Below are positions 22,201 through 35,460 of a DNA stretch of 64,000 nucleotides, in pieces; position 1 is the stretch's first letter, and every line of letters starts with the position of its first letter. The translations under genes were made by a program, and so were the position numbers. This DNA comes from Takakia lepidozioides (Eukaryota > Plantae > Bryophyta). Below the pieces are notes generated by a model that was not told the DNA's origin, made no database searches, and saw only the letters and a list, made by a program, of their open reading frames with translations. The stretch is from contig CM060732.1 of the NCBI GenBank assembly GCA_030704615.1, forward strand, positions 80,910,001 to 80,974,000, given 5' to 3'.

Positions 22201-25200
22201 GTGAAGGAGAAGGCACCCTCAGACCCATACATATGACAATCCATGAAGGTCCGAATGACATGACTACGAATGATCCCGTTGGAAGGCCAATTAAGGCGTT
22301 CATCAAAACTCCACAAGTATGCAGCAGTTCAATTAGGTGAGTATAGTCTTCACAAAGTACCTTTTGGATGACTCGACAGCCATACATTTGAAGACTGAGG
22401 GCAAGCACATGCCCCACCAATTGACTTGCCAAATCTCGTCTCTGCTGCTGAGTCCCATGCTCAAAGAACTGTATCAAGAAAATTGCAAGTGCATAAGTTC
22501 CTCCCTGCAACCAACCTGTCATGTTGTGCATATAGTCGTAGAATGGGCAATGCAGTCTTCTGTTGCACATTCTGATGGAGGTACTTTGCTACTGTTGAAT
22601 CACATTGGTTTGACTCAAGAGCGTATCAAAAGGCTCCTGTATTTAATAACCAAGAGTTGGAGACCTTTCTCCAGCCTTCTGTGGCCTCAAGAGCCTTTCA
22701 TCTTTTAAAGGTAAGCTACTAGCGGTTCGACTCATATGCCACGCAGGTTACATGACACAGAAGGAGCACAAAATCAATGTCTTTCCAACATGGATTTTAG
22801 GTTGAACGGAGAACTGGGGCACTATCCTCCCCTTTGGCTTCTTTGCAATCCAGCTCAACCACACAACCAACCTCAGAACAACTTTCTAAAGGGTCTTTAT
22901 CAAAATGTGTTTAGTTCTTCAGTCCTCGGTCACATGTTTATAAGAATACCATTGTGCTACGCACTTTTTTGACTGAAGTAGAAGAGAGGATATATAATCA
23001 TTTCAAGACTCATTCAAGAATGTTCATTGAATAGTTGATATGAAAAAGAATCGCAGACCTTCAGAATCTGCCAAGGAGTGTCAGCTCTTGCAAGAATTGA
23101 AGCCCTAGACATTGATATCATCTACTAGCTGGTCATACAGGTGAAGCAAAACCTTTTGAATCACATAGTTGCCAAAAACATCAGTCATGAGGGTCAAAGC
23201 CCGGGGGAGAACTTCCTGAAACACCATGGCCTTCTCTTCTGAGCTAGCAGTCTCCAATTTTTGTTGAATGAAACGACTCCCATGCTGATCAGCACTGTAC
23301 AACCAAGGACACGAAGTTCAACTTCACAACAGAAATTGTGAGTACAAAATCTTACACCCACATGACATCGGCAATCAAGTTTTTCCTTTGAATCAAGAAT
23401 GACACTTTTCTTCATGGTGGGGTTGAATAATGTGCAGAAGATGTTTAAACAGGTATCCTGACGACTTCCCAAGTAATCTGTTGGTAAAATAGCATTGTTT
23501 CAATACTGAGAAGACATACCTGAACTCAACAACATGCCCAGCAATGTCTGAAAGCTCAAATCGCCGGGTCTTACTAGTCTTGAACTCTTCAAGCAGGGAG
23601 GATCCACGAACTTCATCAGTCGTTTCACTGCTTCTCTGTGATTGCCAACCAGAATAGCTCCCTCCTGCAGCAGCAGCAGTAGAGCTTGACCTACCTGACC
23701 CCGAAGACAGACGTATGCTTCGGTCTTCACGTCTCAGGGACAGACTTCCAGGTCCTACGGGAGACCCAGGAAGTACAGGGCTGGCAAGAGGTGAATTTGG
23801 GTAGGGCATGACCAAGCCAACTCCAGGGGGACTACCATAGTAGGCTGGACTCACAGACCCACTTTTGTTGCTGGCAATGGGCACCCCAACAGAACCACTT
23901 CGCACATACTGTGACTTTTGCTCTGCTGTGTACCCTAACATTGCTCCTAACTGCTGCTTTTGGAGTTCCAGCATGTCCACATGTGCTCCTCCCATATAGT
24001 TCCTCAAGATGGACGGATCAGTCAGTGCTGCTGCGGCATGGGCATCCTCTGCAGCACGCTGCATGTACTGCATATACAGTGGATCAGGAATAGGGGGCGG
24101 GAGCCCAGAGCCTGCTTGTCCTGCATATTTGTACAAGTGCTGCATATCCACAGCAGATTGAGCAGGAGAGCCTGGAACTCCTGCCCTCACCCCCATACTG
24201 GCTGCCACTGCCGCTGCTGCCCCATCGAATGCTACAGGTGGAGGGTAGCCAGCCATCATTGGTGCCAGCATGGCTGGACTCATGGGATATCCACCTATCC
24301 CATACTGTGGCGCATAAACAGCTGCAGAGTGAAGATTTGGGTAGTACGAGTTCCCTGCCATATATGACATTGCAGCAGCTGCAGCAGCTGCATACATATT
24401 AGGCCCTGCTGCGCCTGCCTGGAGCCCAGGTTGAAGAGCAGCTGCCTGCCCTTGCTGAGCTGGAACACTGTACTTAACCTGACCCCTGTAGCCAGTGTCA
24501 AGCCCTGAATAAAGTTGCTGCTGTTGCTGCTGCTGTAAAGCCTGACTATAAGCCAACGCCTGCAATTGAGCCACCTGACAGGATAGTTGGAACCTAACAG
24601 AAAACGTGTTCGAGAACGAGCGCACTCACAAGGGCAGCACTGAACAACAACAGCTACACCCCAGTCCGACCCAGCTATGGACTGGCATCGGGCCCTGAAT
24701 TCATACAACCGCATAAGCCACTTTGCCACATCCAGTATAACATACACAAGATACATGTGGAGTCACAAGCGACTGAATCCAAAGCCTTTCCAAAGCTTCT
24801 CACACCGGTAAAGTTACAGGCAGACAGGCTGGGAATGGCACCATTCCAGATAAAAGCAGGCATAAGTCAGGACAGGATGGACTGACAAATCATCCGAGAC
24901 TCTTAACAGTAAAAATAAAATAGAAGACCTGGCAACCTGCGCTTGTGCCTGAGCCGCCATCTGGGCACGCTGCTGGCGCTGTTGTTGCTGCAGGCGCAAA
25001 TTGTGCTGCTCCTGCTGCAGATGCTGCTGCTGGAGGAGCTCTCTCTCCTCCATAGCCGCTGTTGCACTCTGTACATCTGCAAGACTTAATCCCTGGAGTG
25101 CGGCTGCAAGCTCTGCAGCACCTGCACTTGCTGCTGCACTGAGGGCCACACTCCTCACCTCAGCACTTGTGATGCCACCCCCTCCAGAGAGTCCTGAAAT

Positions 25201-26662
25201 CCCACTCAGCATTGCCAATCTGGGACTGGCAGACCGTGTACCTGGCACAGGAGAATCAGGTGTCGCTATTCTGGCTACAGGAGCTGCAGGCCCAGTTGAC
25301 TGCCCGTGCATGCTGTTTCCACCAGGTATTGGGGTTGAGGACCGCGATCCTGCCCCAGCTGCTGCACTAAGTTCAGCAGCTGTCACAGCTGCCAGCGTTG
25401 GATCACGCATATGCATTAGCTGCACGTCAAGTGAAGCAGCCGCATCCACACCCTCCTCATTTGCAGCTCGACTTGAAGATCTTGAATGATTGTACACTGG
25501 CGAAGGTGTGCGGGGGAAATCCTCCTGCATTGCATGACATGAGCAAGTGGGAAACCTATAAATTCATTAACATCAAACACACATAAATCTGTACTTCCGT
25601 GGGAGCCTGACAGACTTCAGGCACGCAGAGCTCACAAAATCCAGTTGACAGCTCTCGGGCAAACATCCATAAGCTTGCAGACAGACCTTCCCTGTAGTTC
25701 TGTACACCTCAGACAATCTGGACATGCTGCCGTGGAGGGTCCTATACATGTCCGCTATCACCTGTAGAAGCTTCATGAGCAAACCCATGGCCTGCTTACT
25801 ACGCCCAATTTCAAGGAAAACCAATCTGTAGCTGCCAACTTTAATTCTCCATGTGTACAAAGTTGAAGGAGTTCAGAGCTCACCCACAAATATAGTTGAG
25901 CCACCCATCTTACAAAAAACTCTTAGCACTTTAAATGCAAATCAATCTGATGACATCCAGCTTCAAGTCTAGTACCAGGCGTACCTGGATTAGATCTACC
26001 AGACTTTTTGGGCGGGGCCCTAGTCCAACAGAAGACATCCCCATCAAACCATCTCCTCTCTCTGACCACTCACTAGAACCCTGTCTAGCAAGATTCCCCA
26101 AGCTCTCCTCCTCCAAGGGCTCTGGCTCCTCCCTGTGGGTGGGCAAAACTGGCTGTGTGGAGAACAAAGACTTGCTGTTGCTGTCATCCATCGACCTCAA
26201 TTTTCTCTTGTCTCCAAAACGTTGTGCGTGACGCCAATTCTCCCATGAGATCAGGGGAGTGGGAAGCCTGGGATTGAGGTTGATGTGCGAGTAATAATAT
26301 GCTAAGTAACTAGGATCAGACCGCAGCTCTTGCTCCGACTCAAATACCTCTCGTTCCCCTAATTGCGATTTTGAAAGACCCCCTTCCTCTTTACTGCCGG
26401 GATGGTGAGGAAATAATCCTCCCATTGCAGCCATCGAGCCCTCCACACTAGGAGGGGCACTACCACTTCGTTGTGGCATGTTTCTGTCATTCAAGATGTT
26501 CTCAATTCGTGAGCGCCCCCCCTTCAGCAGAGCGCCCAATTCTGCAGTTGGAGAGGAGCTATGACCACCCCCACCTGAACCCCTAAGGCTGTCCCCAAGC
26601 GTTCCAATACCTCCTCTCATTCCGCCCCCTGGCAACAACCTCACAGGACTTTCTGTCGTCAT
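19220..26662 (-). CDS. Pumilio/PUF RNA-binding protein (APUM1-6-like: NABP region plus eight Puf repeats)
   Basis: Exons 26662-25985, 25524-24937, 24574-23520, 23294-23153, 22468-22361, 21837-21625, 21180-21070, 20851-20657, 20064-19890 and a probable last exon 19344-19220. Motifs [77 protein letters not shown]. The last exon is less certain. Probable 5'UTR intron near 26981-27636. Confidence 0.95.
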
Positions 26663-29600
26663 TTCAGTCCACACTTGAAGAAAACTTTATCTGAGTTCAA
26701 AGCTCCGCATGACCACTGCGGTTCACAGCCTCCAACCCTTGCTCTTCCAATCGAAGAACCTTGGCTGCATCCACCCTCTGCACATCTGAGTCTAACACCA
26801 TCCCCGGCGCATTTTTTCCAAAGAAAACGACTTGAGTGGTCCTTTCGGCAAAACCGACGCTGAGCAGGGTTCGGGTCCAAGAGGAGCCCCTGTCCACCCT
26901 CAATCTTGAAAACCTTTTGAACTGAGGTAGAATGAGGTCGGTCACACAGTGCTAGATCCTTGCTCACCCAATCCGCTCAGCTGCAGCGGTAAGAAAAAAT
27001 GAGGAACTTGGGCCCCTAGCACCTCCACTACAATAATATTATTTTTTCAATCGGGAACTTCTAGAAATCTCCAGACTGTTGAGTTGGCAAAGGCCAAGCA
27101 AACAGACAGCAGATTGTCACTACACCAGATCTTGTACGAGACAGAAAAAGAGGAGAATGAAAGAGATGGAAAGTTAAGCTGAAGCCTCTGGCAAATTATG
27201 GACTGTCCAAATTATGACAGACTCTGCTACCAAATCACAACTTTAGGAGACCATGAGATAGTCTTCAACACCTTCGTAGACGGAAGCAAGATCGGGCTAG
27301 TAAAAGGCCGGCATTGCAGGCTACTGTGAGTAAGGCCACACACTGCTGCAAATGGCGCAGAGATGGCACATCGACGACGCCGACGAATACCTAGGAAGAA
27401 ATTTCAAAACTCCTGCGATCTCTCACTAGCTAGATCTGCTGCAGCAGCAGCAGATACCAGACACGGAGCAAAAAATCCAAACACTCCATCGAATTGCACC
27501 TCTGAAAACCTAAATTACGCACAAACTAGAAGAAACCAGTCCCCGAACCAAATTCACAGCTGTCTCGCTCCAAAAATTGATTTCTGCTACAAGATGCACA
27601 CCAAAAACTACAGCAAAAAAAACACCCCGCCTTACAGAATCTAGCAGCAGGGAAAGCAGAGCCTTGCACCCCGAGGGCAGCAAGAGCAGTGTGTGCAGGC
27701 CAGCGACGAGGGCAGGAATGCCATGGCCGAGAGCCTCCACATGCTCCCCACAGCGTCACCGGCGGCATATCGAGGCCAGCCGTCCGATTCTGCATCCTGC
27801 GGTCCCCGTGCGGCAGCGCTGAGTTGTCTCATTAAATTAGGTAAAGTTGCGGTACGTATGCCACGCGGCGCGCTTACATTGCGTGTACCCCTCCTTTTGT
27901 TTTCTAGTGCTCGCCACACTTTTCCCTTCCTGCCGCCCTTCCCTTCGTACTAGGTTACGCTAACCACGCGCTCCACCCCTCCTTAACCTCATGCTCTCGT
28001 TCCCATCCATCCATATGCGCTCTCCCAACCTGCACGCCATTACCTTCACGAAGGTTAGTCCAATCTCGCATCCATCCATACTCTCTACCGAACCGCGTTT
28101 GTACTACCTCCATGAAGGTTTCTCTACTTTTCTATCCATCCGTGCTCTGCCGATCCGCATTACCGCCACGAAGGTTGCAGTACGGTTGGATCCTGGAGTT
28201 TGAGCTCGACATGTTAAGTAGCTTGATTAACTGAACGGATCACACACTTGACAGTGGGAGGACTACTTCCAGAGAGGTTCTTCTCAGCTTCAAACTCGAT
28301 GATTATCCTCGAAACAAATAATCCGGAGAAGGATGGAAGCCATTAAAAGCTCCATTAGGAGGATGGCAATACAGAGGTAAAATTACTTTCATAAAGGTTG
28401 TTCTTTCTTTTATTAGCTGCAAATTAATTCAATGTGTAAACAATTCTATGTTGATTCCGCTGCACCAGGATTGGTCAGGTGATGGTGTGGAGTGCACCCT
28501 GGGATCAGGGGGTCACAATCAGGTCAGAGATGCCCTTGTCAAAATACTCACACAATGGTCCATTTCCTAGCCACAACCTTTTTATAGGGCATTATACTAA
28601 CATTGTGGGTGCAGCGTAGTCAACAGTGGGGAATACCGCCCCGCAATTGGGAAACCCGTTTCCGCCCCGAAGAGCGATTTCTCCGATGCCACAAAATGAA
28701 ATTTAAAAAGAAAAAAAAACAGCAGTAGGTAGTATGGTAGCGTTGGAGCCTGAGGAAGAACAAGAGAAATTGCAATCACAGTACTACAACATGACATCTT
28801 TGAAAGCATGAAATTCAAGCTTGTAGATTAATGCCTTTTCTTTTCAAGAAAAGAGAACAGGGGGATTGTAGCCCTGTGAAATTTTATTGGCCCTGCCCCA
28901 CAGGGTAGGGACTATGCATCAACTTGGCCAAAGTGCCCTTAACCTTATAAACTTAATGGGAACATTAAAGTTTTTAGTTCCCAGTTGGGCACGTTTTACA
29001 CTGATCCGTGATAATTTACTATAAATACTTCCGTCATATTTACATGGACAACATTTCATTTTAAAAATAGAAAGTCACTTCACAAAATCAAAATACATTA
29101 TTCTTAGCAATAACATAATTCCTTAAAACTTCATATCAATAAAACAATGGCAGGGCCTCCGTGTATCTCACGCCTTATTAAAAAGGTAAGGAAAAAATAA
29201 CCTTACAATACGCCATGAAGGCAGAGAAACGAGGTTCCACTCCGAGCCTGCAGAACTAAAGAGGGGGGGGGGGGGGGGCGCTAACAGAAGGAAGGAATAA
29301 GATAAATATAGGGGAGCGAAGAGGGCCAAAGCAGAATACTGCAGTGGCACTCGTGCAACTTAAAAAACAGAAGAGAGGACAATAACCTGAAGTCCAGAGA
29401 ACCAGCATGAGGCAAGGGAAGTAGAGATAAGTACAGTCAACAAAGAAACAGGAAGGATACAGACAGCACTAAAAAACTAGAACTACGTGCTACCTCTCTT
29501 CTTTTTGGGGGAATCAAATGACAACTATGTCTTTGATTTCCCCTTCATAAGACTGCGCTTATGCCTCCAATTCACCTCTGACTCATCCGCATCCAAGGGA

Positions 29601-31903
29601 GAGCGCCTCGTGCTAATAGAGCTGCCAACAGGATGGGAGGCCATCTTCCCAGATAAGGATAAGTCAAATGCCAGACCCAAGGAAAAGTTTAATTTTCATT
29701 AACCACGAACTCATTCAAAGCCGCAACATCACTTGGATCTAAAGAGTACAAGTTCTGAGATGGTTCAAATGTCATAGTCAATAGAACCTCCTACAGAAAA
29801 TTCCTGATTTTCCCCACGAATTGTCGAAGCTTGTAAGCAATTGTGTTCGTCTTCTGTTGCCACACTTGGGAAGACTTGCCACAATCACAGACCACGACTT
29901 TCAGGCTTCAGATCACAAAAGGTCTGATTAAGCCAAGAACGTTACTTTCTGCAAACAGGGAGTAGCATCCTAAAAAACCACCAGGCACCTCATCTACAAA
30001 ATGTGCCAAAGGATGATGCATCAAATGGCTTTCCCAAACTGGGCAAGAGCAGAAGTTAGCACCTATGCTATTGAGATGGAAAATTTGAGATGATGTGAAC
30101 CTTGATTTTATTTTTATTTTTTTAAGAGAACAGAGGACAAAGGCCCTGGATATATTTTATTTAAGTAAGTCGAGAAAAACAACCTCAATTACAACCATGG
30201 AGGATGAAAAAGGGGGCACTGCCCCCTGAAATTTTTTAAACCTAAGCCATAAAATCTTAACCTTTGTCTGAATTTAGCCCTTAATGAGCGCTTTTCGCAA
30301 AACTGTGAAAAAAAAAACTCACCCTCAGCCATGGTAAGGCCAACAATGCAACATACTTATCAACAGTCAGTATCTTAGTTGGATAGTGCACTGAGTGCCA
30401 CCCAGATCATTCTAGGGCCAAATCCTGCTACCTTGATGGGTGTGGTATATTATTCTTCTCCCTCTTCCCTTGGGCGGTGTCCCATGTGAATAGCCTTCAT
30501 GGCGAGGTTACTGTGAAAGAGGTTATTTTCTCCTCTCACTACAATTGAGGGGTCTGATTTGTGAGCTGTTGCTCCCAAGTTTTTTTTTTTTTTAATGTAA
30601 CATGCAGAAAATTTAGATCCATAAAACTGATTGTCTCTCATTTGCCGATGCCTACTTCCATGATGCAGTGCCTTCCCAAGGTGTCACCTCCTTTCCTTCA
30701 ATGCTAAAAACTGCTTCCATGATGTGCCTTCTCCAGGTAACACCTCCCTCAAGTGACATCTCTATTATTCAAAAAATAAATGGATAAATTTTCAAGAAGT
30801 TTATTTTGGATGAAAATAGAATCTTCCACTATTCACAAAGAGGAGCCTGCAACTAGCCACTCGTTTTTCTTGTGGTGTCGTCTGGTGAATTAAAAAACAC
30901 CCTTTTGTTTTGCCACATGTTTAAGTGGTGTCTTGAAGTGTGTGACGGTGCTGAACGGTGGGTGGAATACGATGTATTTTTAAGTTCTAATTAATTGGCT
31001 CTTCTTTATTCTAAAGAGGAGACTACGTATCAGTGTCAAAAAAATCTCTAAGCCATTGTTGTGCCTTCCCCAAGTGTCACCTCATCTCTTTCTTAAAAAT
31101 TATTACCAAGATGTGCCTTCTTGTTATGGAGTGAAAGTAGATTTCACTATTCGCAACGAAGAGCCATATGTGACTAGACGCTTGCTTGATTAAATATGTT
31201 GGGTTGAGATCCACTTGTCCCAAAGTTTTCATCAACCAGAAGAGTTCTCTCTCTAAAGGATGATGGATAGTCCTTGGAGACATTGACCCCTGTTGCGAGT
31301 CAACAAGGGAAAGAGTGCATCTGGCGTCCGCAAACTCGTCGACCTACCCGCATTAACATTAACAAGATAAGCCCCTAAAAACCCAGATCTGGACCCATTT
31401 AGCAAAGCAAGTGATATTGAGAAAGCTCCAACCACCGCCTTTCCACAAGCAATCAAGCGGTCTCTCATCTGCTTGTATTTTACAGGAAATCTTTAAGAGC
31501 GTGCTTATGTGTTGAATCTTTTATGTGTCTTGCGTTCTCACCATGCTCCTTGAATCTGCTGCTATAGGAATCAGTAAAAACCCATTGGCTTGATTGCAAT
31601 TAACTCATATTTTCAATATGAATATTTATTTAATAGAATTGAAGCCCTCTAGATGAACTATATATCACATGGACATTCAAGTCTGAAGCAGATCAACAAT
31701 TTTGACAAAAATTTAATGAATTAGAAATAACCGTATATGCTCAATATAATAATAAGTACGTAGATAAAACATTGATGAGGCCACTTTTTCATATAAGTCC
31801 CTATCCCCGAAGTTTTTAGGCTACATCATGTATCCAAACAAACACGTCATTGTACTATCTCTGGATGAGGGTGTTTGTAAACGCCACAAATACGAACTAC
31901 TCT

Positions 31904-32751
31904 CACTACAACAGATCGCGGTAGTTATGACTGCCAAACCATGGTAGTCATGGTTTTCTTGACTTTGACCGTGACTGCACCATGTTTTTATATGAAATTG
32001 ACCTCCCGCAGTCGTTTATACGACTGTAGTCATATGAATGACTATCTAAGTAGTCGTCTGTATGACTACATGGCTCCGGAATGGGCGGAAGGCTGGTCAA
32101 CGGCAATTGACCAGATTTAGCTCACCATTCATAGTCATTTCCATGACTACAGTGTACATGGATGAGATTACATAGTCATGATGACTACTGGGGATTTTGT
32201 AATTTGGTGTGTATAATACAATTAAAACACCATATGATCACATGAATGACTAATGGGTGTATTGATTAGCAGGTAGTGAACTATAACTCTTATAGTAAAG
32301 GTTGCAGGTTCAAACTCCTCTAAGTACAATCAAATGGATAAGATGGCCCTAGGGTTAGTAGGCGAACTAGGGATAACACGTGGTAGCCTAGATGGGCTGC
32401 CACGTGGCTTTTTCATTATTATAAAATACATTATGCCACGTGGCACAATGTGGTGCGACGCGGCGTCCGACATATGTTTTTAATTTTTTTAGTTTTGTAA
32501 ATTAAATTAAATTTTTAATCAATTGCGCCTCGCCACGTGGCGCGGCAGCGGCGACTGCAGTATGATGGTATATATGACTGCAGTGAGAGATATCACTTGG
32601 TTCATCTGACTGTAGTCATCCGGACTGTACCATCTTGTACTCATTGTATTACCTTGGTTTGCACGACTTACAGTTATAGAAGTCATATGTATCGTTTATG
32701 ACTGCAGAATAGTCATATATACAGTCAGAAATACCGCGATCTGTTGTAGTG
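31904..32751. mobile_element. Non-autonomous CACTA (En/Spm) element, 848 bp, both ends intact
   Basis: TIR CACTACAACAGATCGCGGTA at 31904 with its perfect reverse complement ending at 32751; 3-bp TSD TCT on both sides; dense subterminal TGACTG(C/T)A and TAGTCA repeats. Confidence 0.95.
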
Positions 32752-33619
32752 TCTTGGTAGGCCCCACAGTCCCAAACAATCTCTCCAATTTTTTGAAGAA
32801 GTTGGATATTTCAAAAGATCATGACCAACAGTATTGAACTTCATGAGGTTCATCTTCTCATTTTGGCGCCAATTTGAAGGGCCGCCGAACTACACATGAA
32901 CAAAGTTTTGCGGTTTTTCCTCTGCTAGATAATATTTGGAACAGTTACCTTGCAATAAGAGACGATATCGAATTTTCTGTTCCTTTTTTGTTTTTAATTT
33001 TTCCCTCAAGTATAGAGGTCACAACAAGAACAACTAACCAATTCACCCGTTTTTCACCCATTATCTAGTGATTTCGGACACAGCCACCAAAACATAGAAA
33101 TGGGAGTCACAAAATCAACCTGCAATCACCTATTGTGTGGGTACCTACATACTAGATTCAATCCGAAACTTGAATTAATAGGACGAGGAAAAAAACCTTG
33201 AGCGAGATAAGGTGTGAGGCTTTAAACAAAGAGGATAATCATACCTTGTAACCAGTCAGAAGGAACCAAATAGGCTGAAAAAAGCAAGAATATACTACAA
33301 AATGGGACCATAGTGGTTGAAGGATTGTGCATCATCCCAAAGAATGTACTTCAAGGCAAAGGCACGCTGCTTCAGCCTAAAGAAAGAGCAACTTAGGTCA
33401 AAGATAGCAAGAGAAGGGTCCGAAAGTGGGAGTGAAAGCATCAAATAGAGGGGATACTACCCCACAAGGAAATCCATAAAAGTACCTTATAAGAAGTCTG
33501 GATAGCAAGAACAGAGACAAACCAAAAAATGGGTAACGTAAAAGATATCAACGAAACACAAGAGCGGGGCCAATAGTGGGAGATGCCATATATTGCAATT
33601 AGAAACCACTATTTTGAAG

Positions 33620-35460
33620 CATTAAAATCAAATTGGGTCTTGATTTTGTTGCGGCATTTCTAATTATGTCACCAATTATTAACCTCGTAGTCTTCACCTC
33701 CACTAATGAGCTCCCATTTCATTGGGGAGCTTATCATTCCAAGAAATATGCATGTCAAAAAGTCTCGAGGAGGGCATGTCATGATCATTGCCACATCAAC
33801 CTGGGTCCTGCAATAAGCAAAAATCCCAAACCCCCGGGGCTGCAGGATCTGCATATTTCATAAACCCCTCACCGCAATCTGTTTTCCATTGGAAGATAAG
33901 TTGTTAGCCCCACATGCAATCTAGATGCATGCTTAGTATTGTCCTTAGACCATGTACAACCCAAATGTAACTCTTCTCTAGGTGAGCATCTTACCATAAG
34001 GGGTGTTGCAAAACCAATATGCGAGACTACCATGAAATATGGTCTAAATCATCTAAAATATGTCAACATTTGCTACATATGCATGCCGCTTTCAATACCT
34101 CGTGTCAAGTTGCAGTGGCATCCAACATAACAATAAACGGCCAAGGAGGTGTGTTCAGTAAGGAGTTTCCAACAGTCGAGACATCAAAATCTATAAAAAG
34201 ATGGTGTCGCCTTTTATTTGAGCATCTGCAAAATAATTTTGCCCAATATTACCACCAACACCTTTCTCCAACCCCTCATTCCTATAGTTGGCTCCGTGTC
34301 AAGATGTTTACAAGATGCACTACTAGAGTACATTTGTATCTATTAGATGTTCCACAACATTTACATAATTTATTACTTAAATGTGTGGTTGTGTGAATAG
34401 TGCAAGTTGTCTACTATTTCATTACAATATTACATATATGAAGGTGCATTGAGAAAATTCGTGGATTCATGAGGTTATGTTTCACAATTGAGCTAATTAT
34501 TGGAAAAATATAGAAGACCACAGTCAATTTCATCTTTATTAGGAGTTCCATTAATACTTTGAAGAAATATTTTATAATAACGGTAGCGATCCTCATTAAC
34601 TCTCATATCTTAATCCACATAGCAGCGACAAATATAAAAATGAAAAAACCTCTACTGTATCTCTAGATGAAGAGAGAGACTCTGGCTACAGCCGACATAA
34701 TTATTAAGAACCACTTCACATTGCGGCTATTATCCCTGTCGAGGATTGGCTCTATTTTTAATGGGTGAAATCCTATGTGCTCCGACCATTTGTAAGGCAG
34801 CCTTGTACCCTAACCATTGGGCCATTTGTTAAATGCTTCTCTAGATGAACTAATACAACTGAAAATGCATTAACCACAAATCATACTTATATGGTGTTCA
34901 AAATCAGAGGCAATGTTTTTGCCCTCCACCAATGCAATTTGGTTTTATCTTAATATGTCAGTAAAAATGTTACTAATAAGTCTTCGGAGATCTCTTCGGT
35001 TGGCAGGGGTCAAAACATCCAGCACTCATAGGCATTTAAAAATCAAAATTTAAAATAACTAAAAGAAAATACAAGGATTGATGATGTCTTTTGCTGGAAA
35101 TTGCATTGCCCGACCTAATCAATTTAGCCCTTCTGTAGCTACAATATTGTGCGTTGTAGTGCTAGAGCTAGTGGATTTATCATCTCCAAAAAAATTTCAA
35201 TGCTCCATAATTCCAAGAGCTGCAAACTCTCAACTCATTTTAATATCAGTTGAATTCTCGCATCCTCAAAATTTGTTGTATTAAATTTGATAAGGTTTTT
35301 CTCATCAATACAAGTCCTCCATATTGGTTGCAGTTGGTAATGTCATGGCTGTTACTGTTTGCTACACAATTGCATATGCTTGGCCAAGGGCAGTCCCTTG
35401 TTGACTTGACTTTGAACCATGGGTGTATAATACTGCCAACTCACTCTAGGCAATGTTAAT
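33620..35460 (-). mobile_element. Heavily degraded L1-type LINE RT remnant
   Basis: Minus-strand traces in L1 order: RQGCPLA-like (near 35400), FFGDDKST (near 35190), WRAKTL (near 34925) and GLG-like PRGFGI (near 33830), with many stops. Confidence 0.45.

Noticed and set aside
30370-30432. tRNA gene or SINE head
   Set aside because: A- and B-box matches are degenerate and no cloverleaf forms.
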